Below are positions 1 to 11,073 of a stretch of 36,464 bases of DNA, one piece after another; position 1 is the first letter of the stretch, and every line of letters starts with the position of its first letter. The translations under genes and the position numbers were made by a program. Origin of the DNA: Roseovarius sp. Lineage in GTDB: Bacteria; Pseudomonadota; Alphaproteobacteria; Rhodobacterales; Rhodobacteraceae. Under the pieces are notes generated by a model. The model did not search any database, was not told where the DNA came from, and saw only the letters and a program-made list of their open reading frames with translations. The DNA lies in contig JAASSQ010000001.1 of the NCBI GenBank assembly GCA_021767845.1, forward strand, positions 1-36,464. The letters run 5' to 3'.

Positions 1-1
1 A

Positions 2-45
2 CGTCGGTATCGCGTCGGTATTGCGTCGGTATCGCATCGGTGGCC
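2..45. repeat. 11-bp tandem repeat (cgtcggtatcg), 3 near-perfect copies plus a degenerate fourth; may extend left of the window
   Basis: cgtcggtatcg / cgtcggtattg / cgtcggtatcg / catcggtggcc read directly at 2, 13, 24, 35. Confidence 0.8.
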
Positions 46-245
46 CGTCGGCCCGAAAGCCCGGGTCCACTCCCCAACCACGAGCCTTGACCAATGGCGG
101 TTCAAGGCCCTAAGGGAGCCCCAATGCGTCTTGCGATGGCGTCGCTTTCCGATACGCATCCACCCTGAACCCTGACCCCATGTCCTGAACGCCCGGACAT
201 CACTCGCCCGACCCTGTCGGGCGGAACGCTTATGGAGTGATGACC

Positions 246-1217
246 ATGACCCTTGTTCTGACCGCACCGCGCCGGCCCGCGTTCCTTGAGAACGGTTCGG
301 TCGCCGGCATGATCTGCATGGCGGCGGCGATGGTGCTGCTGCCCATCGGCGATGCCTTCGCCAAGATCCTGACGGGGCACCTGTCGGCCGTCGAAGTGAC
401 CACCGCCCGATTGCTGGCCCAAGGGCTGTGCCTGATCCCGATCGCGCTGGTGATGCGCAGCCGTTTGCGCGGGCCGATGTTCTCGCCGATCGTCGCCCTG
501 TCCGGCGGGTTGGTCATGGTGACGCTGACCAGTCTGGTCTGGGCGTTCTCGGTCATGCCGATCGCCACGGCGATCGCGATCTTCTTCGCGGAACCGCTGA
601 TCCTGACGGTGCTTGTCGGGCCGCTGCTGGGCGAGCGGGTCGGCCCGCGCCGGACGATCGCCGTTCTGGTCGGTTTGATCGGGGTGCTGATCATCATCCG
701 GCCGGGCGGCGGCTTTGGCCCGGCGGCCTTCCTGCCGCTTCTGGCGGCGCTTTGCTATGCGCTGAACATGATCGTGCTGCGCAAGGCCAGCGGAACCCGG
801 TCGAGCCTGACGGTGCAGTGCGGTGCCACGTTCTATGCCTGCGCGGGCATGGTCGCGGTGTCCCTGGGTCTGGGGGCGACAGGGCATATCGAGCCGTCAT
901 TCGCCGATCTGCCGCGCTGGGCGTGGGGCGCGATCATGGCGTCAGGTGCGCTGGCTGCCGCCAGCTTCATCCTGATCGCCGAGGCCTTTCGCCAAGCCGA
1001 AGCGGGCCTGTTGGCGCCGTTTCAATACCTGGAGATCATCGGCGCCACCACGGTGGGCTATCTGGTGTTCGGCGACTTCCCGGATGGCCTGACGTGGGTG
1101 GGGATCGCGATCATCCTGGGGTCCGGCCTGTATGTGTTCTGGCGCGAACAGATGCCGGTCAACCGCGCCGGGATGCGCCCGAGGCGGCGCAGAACACGCC
1201 GAATCCGGGCGCGCTGA
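246..1217 (+). CDS. DMT/EamA-family drug/metabolite transporter
   Basis: About 10 hydrophobic segments; EamA motifs LLGERVG, LIIIRPG, LAPFQYL, GYLVFGD. Start placed at ATG 246 (GGAG at 234-237); 237 and 240 are alternatives. Confidence 0.88.
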   Translation: MTLVLTAPRRPAFLENGSVAGMICMAAAMVLLPIGDAFAKILTGHLSAVEVTTARLLAQGLCLIPIALVMRSRLRGPMFSPIVALSGGLVMVTLTSLVWAFSVMPIATAIAIFFAEPLILTVLVGPLLGERVGPRRTIAVLVGLIGVLIIIRPGGGFGPAAFLPLLAALCYALNMIVLRKASGTRSSLTVQCGATFYACAGMVAVSLGLGATGHIEPSFADLPRWAWGAIMASGALAAASFILIAEAFRQAEAGLLAPFQYLEIIGATTVGYLVFGDFPDGLTWVGIAIILGSGLYVFWREQMPVNRAGMRPRRRRTRRIRAR

Positions 1218-1267
1218 TGTCTCTGCGCGGGATGCGCAGTCATCGTTGATGGTGAATTCTCGGAGCG

Positions 1268-1309
1268 GAGAAAGGCACCGGGCAATGTGCTGATGCACTG
1301 CCCGGTGTC
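1268..1309 (-). terminator. Probable intrinsic terminator downstream of dnaJ
   Basis: caccgggca/tgcccggtg 9-bp stem plus inner gtgc/gcac, followed by TTTCT on the minus strand, 8 nt after the dnaJ stop. Confidence 0.7.
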
Positions 1310-1317
1310 ATGTTTCG

Positions 1318-2484
1318 TCAGGATTTCATCGAATCCCAGAAATTCTTGACCGAGGAAAAGAAGCTCTTGCTTTCGGGGTTGTTGTCCTCGGACATCCCCT
1401 CGAATTCGCGCAGGAGCTCCTTCTGCCGCGAGGTCAGGTTGACCGGGGTTTCCACGGCCAGTTCGATGAACATGTCGCCATGCCCGCCGCCGCGCAGCGC
1501 CGGCATCCCCTTGTTGCGCAGGCGCATCTGGCGGCCCGATTGGGAGCCTGCGGGGATTTTCACGCGCGAGCGGCCACCGTCGATGGTGGGCACCTCGATG
1601 TCGCCGCCAAGCGCGGCGGTGGTCATCGACACGGGCACGCGGCAGAAGAGGTTGTTGTCCTCGCGGTCGAAGATCTCGTGCTTGACCACCTCGATGAAGA
1701 TGTAGAGGTCGCCCGGCGGCCCGCCGCGCATGCCCGCTTCGCCCTCGCCGGCGAGGCGGATGCGGGTGCCGGTTTCGACACCGGCGGGAATGTTCACGTT
1801 GAGCGCGCGGTCCTTTTCGACGCGGCCCTGACCGTGGCAGGCCGTGCACGGGTTCTTGATGATCTGGCCCAGCCCCGAACAGGTGGGGCAGGTCCGTTCG
1901 ACGGTGAAGAACCCCTGCTGGGCGCGGACCTTGCCCATGCCCGAACAGGTGGGGCAGGTGGTGGGCTCGGACCCGCCCTCGGCGCCCGAGCCGTTGCAGG
2001 CGTCGCAGGCCACGGAGGTGGGCACGTTGATGGTTTTCTGCAGGCCATTATACGCCTCTTCCAGCGTGACGCGCAGGTTGTAGCGCAGGTCGGCCCCGCG
2101 CGAGGCGCGCTGCCGCCCGCCGCCACCACGGCCACCCATGAAATCGCCGAAGAGGTCGTCGAACACGTCCGAGAAGGCCGAGGCGAAATCGCCCTGGCCG
2201 GGGCCGCCGCCGAACCCGCCGCCGGGCCGCGCGCCACCGCCGCCGCCGCCCATGCCGCCTTCGAAGGCGGCGTGGCCGAAGCGGTCATAGGCCGCTTTCT
2301 TCTCGGGGTCTTTCAGGACGTCATACGCCTCGCCCGCTTCCTTGAACTGGGATTCGGCCTCGGGGTTGTCCTTGTTGCGGTCGGGGTGAAGCTCCTTGGC
2401 CTTCTTGCGATAGGCCTTCTTGATCTCGTCCGCCGACGCGCTTCGGGACACGCCGAGCACTTCGTAGTAGTCTCGTTTGGCCAT
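1318..2484 (-). CDS. dnaJ: Chaperone DnaJ (Hsp40)
   Basis: J-domain with HPD, G/F-rich linker, four CxxCxGxG zinc-finger repeats; RBS AAGGAG; downstream of dnaK. Confidence 0.99.
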   Translation of the reverse strand: MAKRDYYEVLGVSRSASADEIKKAYRKKAKELHPDRNKDNPEAESQFKEAGEAYDVLKDPEKKAAYDRFGHAAFEGGMGGGGGGARPGGGFGGGPGQGDFASAFSDVFDDLFGDFMGGRGGGGRQRASRGADLRYNLRVTLEEAYNGLQKTINVPTSVACDACNGSGAEGGSEPTTCPTCSGMGKVRAQQGFFTVERTCPTCSGLGQIIKNPCTACHGQGRVEKDRALNVNIPAGVETGTRIRLAGEGEAGMRGGPPGDLYIFIEVVKHEIFDREDNNLFCRVPVSMTTAALGGDIEVPTIDGGRSRVKIPAGSQSGRQMRLRNKGMPALRGGGHGDMFIELAVETPVNLTSRQKELLREFEGMSEDNNPESKSFFSSVKNFWDSMKS

Positions 2485-2510
2485 CGGGGATCTCCTTTTT
2501 ATGGAACGCG

Positions 2511-2541
2511 CGGGGCCGGCCCGGAAAACGGACCGGCCCCG
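2511..2541 (-). terminator. 13-bp GC-rich intercistronic hairpin between dnaK and dnaJ (partial terminator or mRNA stabiliser)
   Basis: Minus strand cggggccggtccg-ttttc-cgggccggccccg is fully paired with one G-U; no strong U-tract. Confidence 0.6.
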
Positions 2542-2559
2542 ATGGTCCCGTCAGGCGCC

Positions 2560-4482
<1,923 letters not shown>

Positions 4483-4594
4483 GTTTGCGATCCCTTCTTT
4501 ACTAAGGCGATGTTCCGGACGCCCGACCCTTTATGGCACCGGGCCCCCGATCTTGGGGCGGGCCACGGAAGACCGTGGGTCCGCGCTTTGCGGG

Positions 4595-4624
4595 TATATA
4601 GGCAGGCCGATGTTGGCCTGCAAG
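4595..4624 (-). promoter_or_regulatory. RpoH (sigma32)-type heat-shock promoter of dnaKJ
   Basis: Minus strand CTTG-N18-CCTATATA, matching the alphaproteobacterial RpoH consensus, about 110 nt upstream of the dnaK ATG. Confidence 0.8.
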
Positions 4625-4693
4625 CGGGCCGGGGGGATGGATTCCGCGAATTTGGGGTTAATTCTGAGGGGCGGGGAAAAGGAGGCCCGAGCC

Positions 4694-5302
4694 ATGGCGG
4701 AACCCACGCTGATCCTGCGGGGGATCGAGATCCACAAGCAGGCGCTGGACGGGCCGGCGCAGGAGGCGCTGGTCGCGGTGCTGCGCGAGGTGGTGCGGCA
4801 GGCGCCGCTGTTCACGCCGGTCACGCCGCGCGGCAAGCCGATGTCGGTGCGGATGACCTCGGCAGGCAAATATGGCTGGGTCACGGACCGCAAGGGATAC
4901 CGCTATGAGCCGCGCCACCCCGACGGTCAGCCTTGGCCGCCCATCCCCGATGAGGTGCTGACGCTATGGCGCGACCTGGTGAGCGCCGAGCGGCTGCCGG
5001 ATTGCTGCCTCGTCAATGTCTATCGCGAGGGGGCGAGGATGGGGATGCACCAGGATCGCGACGAGGCCGATTTCGGCTGGCCGGTGCTGTCGGTATCGCT
5101 GGGCGATTCGGCGCTGTTCCGGGTGGGCAACACCACGCGCGGCGGCAAGACCGAGTCGGTCTGGCTGGAGTCGGGTGACGTGGCGGTGATGGGTGGCGCG
5201 GCGCGGCTGGCCTATCACGGGATCGACCGGATCAGGCCGGGGTCTTCGGGATTGCTGAAGGGCGGAGGCCGGATCAACCTGACCCTGCGGGTGGTGGATT
5301 GA
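4694..5302 (+). CDS. alkB: AlkB-family 2-oxoglutarate/Fe(II) dioxygenase (alkylation repair)
   Basis: HQD...YHG iron triad, RINLTLR motif, GKPMSVRMT and YGWVTDRKGYRY segments; GGAGG at 4681 supports ATG 4694 rather than the 4121 start of the ORF track. Confidence 0.93.
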   Translation: MAEPTLILRGIEIHKQALDGPAQEALVAVLREVVRQAPLFTPVTPRGKPMSVRMTSAGKYGWVTDRKGYRYEPRHPDGQPWPPIPDEVLTLWRDLVSAERLPDCCLVNVYREGARMGMHQDRDEADFGWPVLSVSLGDSALFRVGNTTRGGKTESVWLESGDVAVMGGAARLAYHGIDRIRPGSSGLLKGGGRINLTLRVVD

Positions 5303-5308
5303 GCGTCG

Positions 5309-6130
5309 CTATCGCTTGGCGTCCCAGCTTTTGGAGGCGAATTGCCGGGTGTAGAATTCGCCCATCATCCCGATCACCAGCAGCACCACGGCAACGATCA
5401 GCGGATATTCGATCGACGTGTTGCGCGGGAAGTAGTTTATGAAGGTGAAGCCGCGGCACTGGTCGATGGCGTGGAAGAGCGGGTTCCAGTCGAACATCGC
5501 CAGCATGAAGGGTGGCAGGGCGTTGGCCACGAACATCTTGCCCGACGCGATCATGTTGGCGCGCTGGTAGATCGTGGTGAAGATGTTGACCGCGTTGGGG
5601 AACCACGGCTTGATCGCCAGCAGGACAAGCCCGATCGCCACGCCTGTGAACCATGCCAGCAGGAACGTCCCGAAGGCCGCGGCGGGATAGGCCACCTCGA
5701 ACGGGGTGACGGCGACGTGGTAGACGAACAGGATCACGAACATCGACAGCGTCTGGATGTAGAGCGCGCCGAGCGCGGCCGAGGCCACGGCGATCACCGT
5801 GTTCATCGGCGCGTGCTGCATCATGGGGGAGGAAGGCCCCTCGGCCCCGACCACGGCGCCCATGGCCTTGACATGCGTAAGGAACAGGAAAACGCCCGAC
5901 ATCATGTAGAGCAGGAAATCGCCGCGCAGCCGCGCACCGCGCAGCCCGAGCACCGAGAACATGATGTAGAAGGCCAGAACGAAGATGATCGCGGTCAGGA
6001 TGTTCTGGAAGATCGCGAACAGCGCGTTGCCATGCGTGCGCCGGATGGAGCGCACCGTCGAATGGTAGATCAGCTCGAGGATGGTGACGGCTGACTGCAG
6101 TTTGCTTTTGGGTGTGACCTTCTGAAACAT
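5309..6130 (-). CDS. KpsM/Wzm-like ABC-2 polysaccharide export permease (orphan copy)
   Basis: About 6 TM segments, WNPLFHAIDQCR motif typical of KpsM; no ATPase gene next to it; start taken at MFQKV. Confidence 0.8.
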   Translation of the reverse strand: MFQKVTPKSKLQSAVTILELIYHSTVRSIRRTHGNALFAIFQNILTAIIFVLAFYIMFSVLGLRGARLRGDFLLYMMSGVFLFLTHVKAMGAVVGAEGPSSPMMQHAPMNTVIAVASAALGALYIQTLSMFVILFVYHVAVTPFEVAYPAAAFGTFLLAWFTGVAIGLVLLAIKPWFPNAVNIFTTIYQRANMIASGKMFVANALPPFMLAMFDWNPLFHAIDQCRGFTFINYFPRNTSIEYPLIVAVVLLVIGMMGEFYTRQFASKSWDAKR

Positions 6131-6265
6131 GCATCTACCGCCGGACTGCCCGTTATGTTTCAACGGATTTCTTGCCGATCCGCCGCCCGTCTACCATAAG
6201 GGAGCGGGCATGGCCGATCAACATGCATGACACGTGCCAATCGCAGGGTGAGCAGGAGAAACACA

Positions 6266-7063
6266 TTGGATTACGAGAAACTTGTCGAGGTCATGCGGCG
6301 GCTGGCGCTTAAGGCCGGCGACCGGATCATGGACATCTACAATGCCGATGATTTCGACGTGAAGGTGAAATCCGACGAAAGCCCCGTCACCGAAGCCGAC
6401 GAAGCGGCCGATGCGCTGATCTCGGCGGGGCTGCGCGCGGCCTTTCCCGATGTCGCGCTGGTGACCGAGGAGCAGGCGCAATCGCATGGCCAGAGCGTCG
6501 AGACCTTCCTGATCGTCGATCCGCTGGACGGCACCAAGGAATTCATCCACCGGCGCGGGGATTTCACCGTCAACATCGCCTATGTCGAAAACGGTGTGCC
6601 GGTGCGCGGTGTCGTCTATGCCCCGGCCAAGGGCCGCATGTTCTTCACGCGCGCCGATGGGGCCTCGGTCGAGGAAAGCGGCCCGTTCGACAAGCAGGCC
6701 GTCGGCGAGACGCGGGACATTTCCGTGTCGCAACCCGACAATGGCGCGCTGATGGTGGTGGCCAGCAAGTCGCACCGCGATCAGGCCACCGATGATTACA
6801 TCGGGAAATATGACGTGAAGGACATGACCAGCGCGGGGTCGTCGCTGAAATTCTGCCTTGTCGCCACGGGCGAGGCCGATCTCTATCCCCGGCTGGGCCG
6901 GACGATGGAATGGGACACCGCCGCCGGGCAGGCCGTTCTGCAAGGCGCGGGCGGCGAGGTCGTGCGCTTTGACGATCACGGCGCCTTGACCTACGGCAAA
7001 GAGGGCTTTGCCAACCCGTTCTTCATCGCCTACGCCCCCGGCGTCGTGCTGAAGGAGGCGTGA
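6266..7063 (+). CDS. cysQ: 3'(2'),5'-bisphosphate nucleotidase CysQ
   Basis: SPVTEAD, DPLDGTKEF, GSSLKFC, TMEWDTAAG motifs; AGGAG at 6254-6258 supports a TTG start at 6266. Confidence 0.95.
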   Translation: MDYEKLVEVMRRLALKAGDRIMDIYNADDFDVKVKSDESPVTEADEAADALISAGLRAAFPDVALVTEEQAQSHGQSVETFLIVDPLDGTKEFIHRRGDFTVNIAYVENGVPVRGVVYAPAKGRMFFTRADGASVEESGPFDKQAVGETRDISVSQPDNGALMVVASKSHRDQATDDYIGKYDVKDMTSAGSSLKFCLVATGEADLYPRLGRTMEWDTAAGQAVLQGAGGEVVRFDDHGALTYGKEGFANPFFIAYAPGVVLKEA

Positions 7064-7863
7064 TGGAGGTTCTGGTCGTCATCCCGGCGCGCTATGCCTC
7101 GACCCGCTATCCCGGCAAGCCGCTGGTCGCGCTGACCGGCGCAAGTGGCGAGAAAAAGAGCCTGATCCAGCGCAGTTGGGAGGCGGCGGGCCATGTCGCC
7201 GGGGCGCCGCATGTGGTCGTGGCCACCGATGACGACCGCATCCGCGACGCGGCGCGGGCGTTCGGGGCCGAGGTGGTGATGACCTCGGAGACCTGCCGGA
7301 ACGGCACGGAACGCTGCGCCGAGGCCCATGCCGCGCTGGGCGGGGGATACGATATCGTCGTCAACCTGCAGGGCGATGCCCCGCTGACGCCGCATTGGTT
7401 CGTCGAGGCGTTGATCGACGAGCTGGCGGCGGATGCCGACGCGGAGATGGCGACGCCGGTGCTGCGCTGCGATGGCCGGGCGCTCAACGGGTTCCTGGAG
7501 GATCGGCGCGCGGGCCGGGTGGGCGGCACGACGGCGGTGTTCGATGCCAAGCGCCACGCGCTATATTTCTCGAAGGAGGTGATCCCCTATACCGGGCAGG
7601 CCCATGCCGATGACGACCCGACCCCGGTGTTTCATCATGTGGGCGTCTATGCCTATCGCCCGGACGCGCTGTCCGAGTATCCCGGCTGGGCCGAAGGCCC
7701 GCTGGAACGGCTTGAGGGGCTGGAGCAGCTTCGGTTCCTGGAAAACGGCCGCGCGGTGCGTTGCGTCGAGGTCGAAGCCCGGGGGCGCGCGTTCTGGGAA
7801 TTGAATAACCCGGAGGATGTCGAGCGGATCGAAGCGATGATGTTGGAGACCGGGATGGAGTGA
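7063..7863 (+). CDS. kdsB: 3-deoxy-manno-octulosonate cytidylyltransferase (CMP-Kdo synthetase)
   Basis: IPARYASTRYPGKPL, VNLQGDAP, LEGLEQLRFLENG; TGATG overlap with cysQ. Confidence 0.95.
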   Translation: MEVLVVIPARYASTRYPGKPLVALTGASGEKKSLIQRSWEAAGHVAGAPHVVVATDDDRIRDAARAFGAEVVMTSETCRNGTERCAEAHAALGGGYDIVVNLQGDAPLTPHWFVEALIDELAADADAEMATPVLRCDGRALNGFLEDRRAGRVGGTTAVFDAKRHALYFSKEVIPYTGQAHADDDPTPVFHHVGVYAYRPDALSEYPGWAEGPLERLEGLEQLRFLENGRAVRCVEVEARGRAFWELNNPEDVERIEAMMLETGME

Positions 7864-7931
7864 TATGCACTTATGAGTTGTAATTCCAGCGCATGTCATC
7901 CAACAAAACGAGCAACTTTCCGCTTTGCACA

Positions 7932-7960
7932 GTGCACATGAGCGAAGGTTGCGGTAGAAT
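7932..7960 (+). promoter_or_regulatory. Candidate sigma70 promoter for galU-galE
   Basis: GTGCAC-N17-TAGAAT in an AT-rich intergenic region, 29 nt before the galU ATG. Confidence 0.4.
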
Positions 7961-7989
7961 CACGTTAGATAAAGTGGCGAGGGGTCAGG

Positions 7990-8883
7990 ATGCGCAAAAA
8001 GGTTACGAAGGCGATTTTTCCCGTGGCGGGCCTGGGAACACGGTTTCTGCCGGCCACGAAATCGGTTCCGAAAGAGATCATGACGCTGGTCGATCGCCCG
8101 CTTGTCCAATACGCCATCGACGAGGCGCGCGAGGCGGGGATCAAGGATTTCATCTTCGTGACCTCGCGGGGCAAGGGCGCGCTGGAAGATTACTTCGACA
8201 TGGCGCCGCAGCTGGAGCAGGAGCTTCGCAAGAAGGGCAAGGACGACCTTCTGGAAATCCTCAAGGGCACCAACATGGACAGCGGGCAGGTCGCCTACGT
8301 GCGCCAGCACAAGCCGCTTGGCCTTGGCCATGCGGTGTGGTGCGCGCGGCACCTGATCGCGAACGAGCCCTTTGCCGTGATCCTGCCGGATGACGTGATC
8401 GCCGCCAACAAGCCGTGCCTTGGCCAGATGGTCGAAGCCTACGCGGAGCACCAGGGCAACATCGTCGCCGCAATGGAAGTGCCCGAGGACAAGGCCTCGG
8501 CCTACGGGGTTCTGGACATCAAGGAAGACATGGGGCGCATCGTCTCGACCAACGGCATGGTCGAAAAACCCGCCCCCGGCGAGGCGCCGTCGAACCTGGC
8601 GGTGATCGGGCGCTATATCCTGACGCCCACGGTGCTGAGAAAGCTGAACAAGAAGCAGACGGGTGCGGGCGGCGAGATCCAGCTGACCGACGCGATCGCC
8701 GCGGCACGCGCGGAAGGCGAAGAGGTTTACGGTTTCCGCTTCGAGGGTGAGCGGTTCGACTGCGGCTCGAAAGCCGGGTTCCTGCAAGCCACTGTGGCCT
8801 TTGCGCTGGCGCGCGAGGATCTGGGCGGCGAGCTGCGGGCCTTCCTGCAGGACATCCTGTATTCGGAAAAGGCCGCCCAGTAA
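7990..8883 (+). CDS. galU: UTP--glucose-1-phosphate uridylyltransferase
   Basis: PVAGLGTRFLPATKSVPKE, GLGHAV, VEKP, GGEIQLTDAI. Confidence 0.97.
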   Translation: MRKKVTKAIFPVAGLGTRFLPATKSVPKEIMTLVDRPLVQYAIDEAREAGIKDFIFVTSRGKGALEDYFDMAPQLEQELRKKGKDDLLEILKGTNMDSGQVAYVRQHKPLGLGHAVWCARHLIANEPFAVILPDDVIAANKPCLGQMVEAYAEHQGNIVAAMEVPEDKASAYGVLDIKEDMGRIVSTNGMVEKPAPGEAPSNLAVIGRYILTPTVLRKLNKKQTGAGGEIQLTDAIAAARAEGEEVYGFRFEGERFDCGSKAGFLQATVAFALAREDLGGELRAFLQDILYSEKAAQ

Positions 8884-8901
8884 CGCGCCGGAGGCATCGC
8901 C

Positions 8902-9885
8902 GTGCAGAACATCCTGGTGACCGGCGGCGCGGGCTATATCGGCTCGCACGCCTGCAAGGCGCTCAGGGATGCGGGCTACACGCCCGTGACCTATGACAAC
9001 CTGAGCACCGGCTGGGAAGATGCCGTGAAGTTCGGCCCCTTCGAGCAGGGCGACCTGACCGACCGGGACCGGCTGGACCAGATCTTCGCCGCCTACCAGC
9101 CCTCGGCGATCCTGCATTTCGCGGCGCTGAGCCAGGTCGGCGAAAGCATGCGCGAGCCGGGTCTTTACTGGCACAACAACGTGGCGGGATCGCTGACCCT
9201 GTTCCAGGCGGCGGTGCAGGCCGGGTGCCTCAACGTGGTGTTTTCCTCGACCTGCGCGACCTACGGCGACCAGGACAACGTGGTGCTGGACGAAAGCAGC
9301 CCGCGCCAACCGATCAACGCCTATGGTGGCTCGAAGCGGGCGGTCGAAGAGATCCTGCGCGATTTCGAGGCGGCCTACGGGTTGCGGCACGTGATCTTCC
9401 GGTATTTCAACGTCGCAGGTGCCGATCCCGAGGCCGAGATCGGAGAATTTCACCAGCCCGAAACCCACCTGATCCCGCTGATCTTGGACGCGATCGAGGG
9501 CAAGCGCGACGCGCTGACCGTGTTCGGCACCGATTACGACACGCCGGACGGCACCTGCATCCGCGATTACGTGCACGTGATGGACCTGGTGGAGGCGCAT
9601 CTTCTGGGGCTGGACTGGCTGCAGGCGGACAATCCCAGCCGGGTGTTCAACCTTGGCACCGGCTGCGGGTTTTCGGTGCGCGAGGTGATGGACCGCGCCG
9701 CGGCGATCACCGGGCGCGAGGTGCCCTTTGTCGAAGGGCCGCGCCGGCCGGGGGATTGCAGGAAGCTGGTATCCGGGTCGAGCCGCGCCGCCACCGAGCT
9801 GGGCTGGTCGCCCGACCGCTCCACGCTGGATCGGATGATCGGCGATGCGTGGCGGTGGCATCAAGCTGGACATTACGAGAAATAG
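8902..9885 (+). CDS. galE: UDP-glucose 4-epimerase
   Basis: GGAGYIGSH, YGGSK (YxxxK), RYFNVAGA, DGTCIRDYVHV. Confidence 0.96.
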   Translation: MQNILVTGGAGYIGSHACKALRDAGYTPVTYDNLSTGWEDAVKFGPFEQGDLTDRDRLDQIFAAYQPSAILHFAALSQVGESMREPGLYWHNNVAGSLTLFQAAVQAGCLNVVFSSTCATYGDQDNVVLDESSPRQPINAYGGSKRAVEEILRDFEAAYGLRHVIFRYFNVAGADPEAEIGEFHQPETHLIPLILDAIEGKRDALTVFGTDYDTPDGTCIRDYVHVMDLVEAHLLGLDWLQADNPSRVFNLGTGCGFSVREVMDRAAAITGREVPFVEGPRRPGDCRKLVSGSSRAATELGWSPDRSTLDRMIGDAWRWHQAGHYEK

Positions 9886-9932
9886 GGTCGATTCTGACCC
9901 GCATGGGCAGGAGGCAGGCCGGTATCGAGTGG

Positions 9933-10946
9933 ATGAGCAACGCGGCGTTCGCGTATCGCCTGCGCTGGAAGCGGCGGCGGCTTTTGTATCGTGCCCTGCG
10001 CAAGCGGCGGCAATTGGCGCCGGTGGCCGACCGCACCGACCGGATCGCGCCGGATGCGATCCTGGGCGCGATGACCGTCCGCAACGAGATGCTGCGCCTG
10101 CCGTTTTTCCTGGACCATCACCGGCGGCTGGGGGTTGGACATTTCCTTGTGGTGGACAATGGCAGCGACGACGGCACGCGCGCGTATCTGGCCGCGCAGC
10201 CTGATGTCTCGCTGTGGAGCACGACGCAGAGTTACAAGCTGTCGCGGTTCGGGATGGACTGGCTGACATGGCTGATGATCCGGCACGCGCATGGGCATTG
10301 GTGCCTGACGCTGGATGCCGACGAGATCTTCATCTACCCCCATCACGACACCCGCCCGCTGCCGGCCCTGACCGAGTGGCTGGAGGCGCGGGGGCGGCGG
10401 TCGTTCGGGGCGTTGATGCTGGATATGTATCCCAAGGGGCGGGTGCAGGATCATCCCTACAAGCCCGGTGACGACCCGTTCCGGCATCTGTGCTGGTTCG
10501 ACGGGGGGAATTACACGATCCGCAAGAAACCCGATCTGCACAATCTCTGGATCCAGGGCGGGCCGCGGGCGCGCTGCTTTTTCGCGGACCGGCCGCGCCG
10601 CGCGCCGACGATGGGCAAGGTGCCGCTGGTCAAATGGAACCGCCGGTTCGTCTATGTCAGTTCGACCCATTCGCTTTTGCCGCGCCGCCTGAACCGGGTC
10701 TATGATGAGAGCGGTGGCGAAGCGCTGTCGGGCGTGTTGCTGCACACCAAGTTCTTGGATGTCGTGGTCGAGAAATCCGCCGAGGAGAAGCAGCGACGGG
10801 AGCATTTCGCCAACAGCGCGCTTTACGAGACCTATTACGACAGCCTGATCGGCAACCCGGACCTGTGGTGCGCGCACTCGACGCGATACCTGGGCTGGCG
10901 CCAACTGGAGGCGATGGGCCTGATGTCGCGGGGGGGATGGGTGTGA
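9933..10946 (+). CDS. GT2-like glycosyltransferase (Glyco_tranf_2_4 type), paralogue 1
   Basis: VRNE...VVDNGSDDGT, WCLTLDADE, GVLLHTKF; start 9933 chosen from alignment with paralogue 2 (ATG 9903 possible); the 9225 extension overlaps galE. Confidence 0.85.
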   Translation: MSNAAFAYRLRWKRRRLLYRALRKRRQLAPVADRTDRIAPDAILGAMTVRNEMLRLPFFLDHHRRLGVGHFLVVDNGSDDGTRAYLAAQPDVSLWSTTQSYKLSRFGMDWLTWLMIRHAHGHWCLTLDADEIFIYPHHDTRPLPALTEWLEARGRRSFGALMLDMYPKGRVQDHPYKPGDDPFRHLCWFDGGNYTIRKKPDLHNLWIQGGPRARCFFADRPRRAPTMGKVPLVKWNRRFVYVSSTHSLLPRRLNRVYDESGGEALSGVLLHTKFLDVVVEKSAEEKQRREHFANSALYETYYDSLIGNPDLWCAHSTRYLGWRQLEAMGLMSRGGWV

Positions 10947-11073
10947 TGTGCCGTAAATCCCCGTCACTCCGGCTAAAATCCCTGCTAAAATTTCCGTTCC
11001 GGGAAAGGAATGTGTTAAGCGTCGGAAAGATAGAATTCCGCGGTAGCGGGACACGAATGCGAAGGGGCGGCTG

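Noticed and set aside
2-45. Possible CRISPR array
   Set aside because: Units are 11 bp and contiguous, with no spacers and no cas genes
4483-4693. CIRCE/HrcA operator upstream of dnaK
   Set aside because: No TTAGCACTC-N9-GAGTGCTAA present
9225-9932. N-terminal extensions in the ORF track (also 4121-4693, 18465-18596, 19932-20150, 30602-30733) as fusions or frameshifts
   Set aside because: They overlap neighbouring real genes, are low-complexity, and better starts with an RBS or ATGA coupling exist
10930-10936. G7 tract as a phase-variation switch
   Set aside because: Short, encodes RGG in the last codons; slippage would barely change the protein
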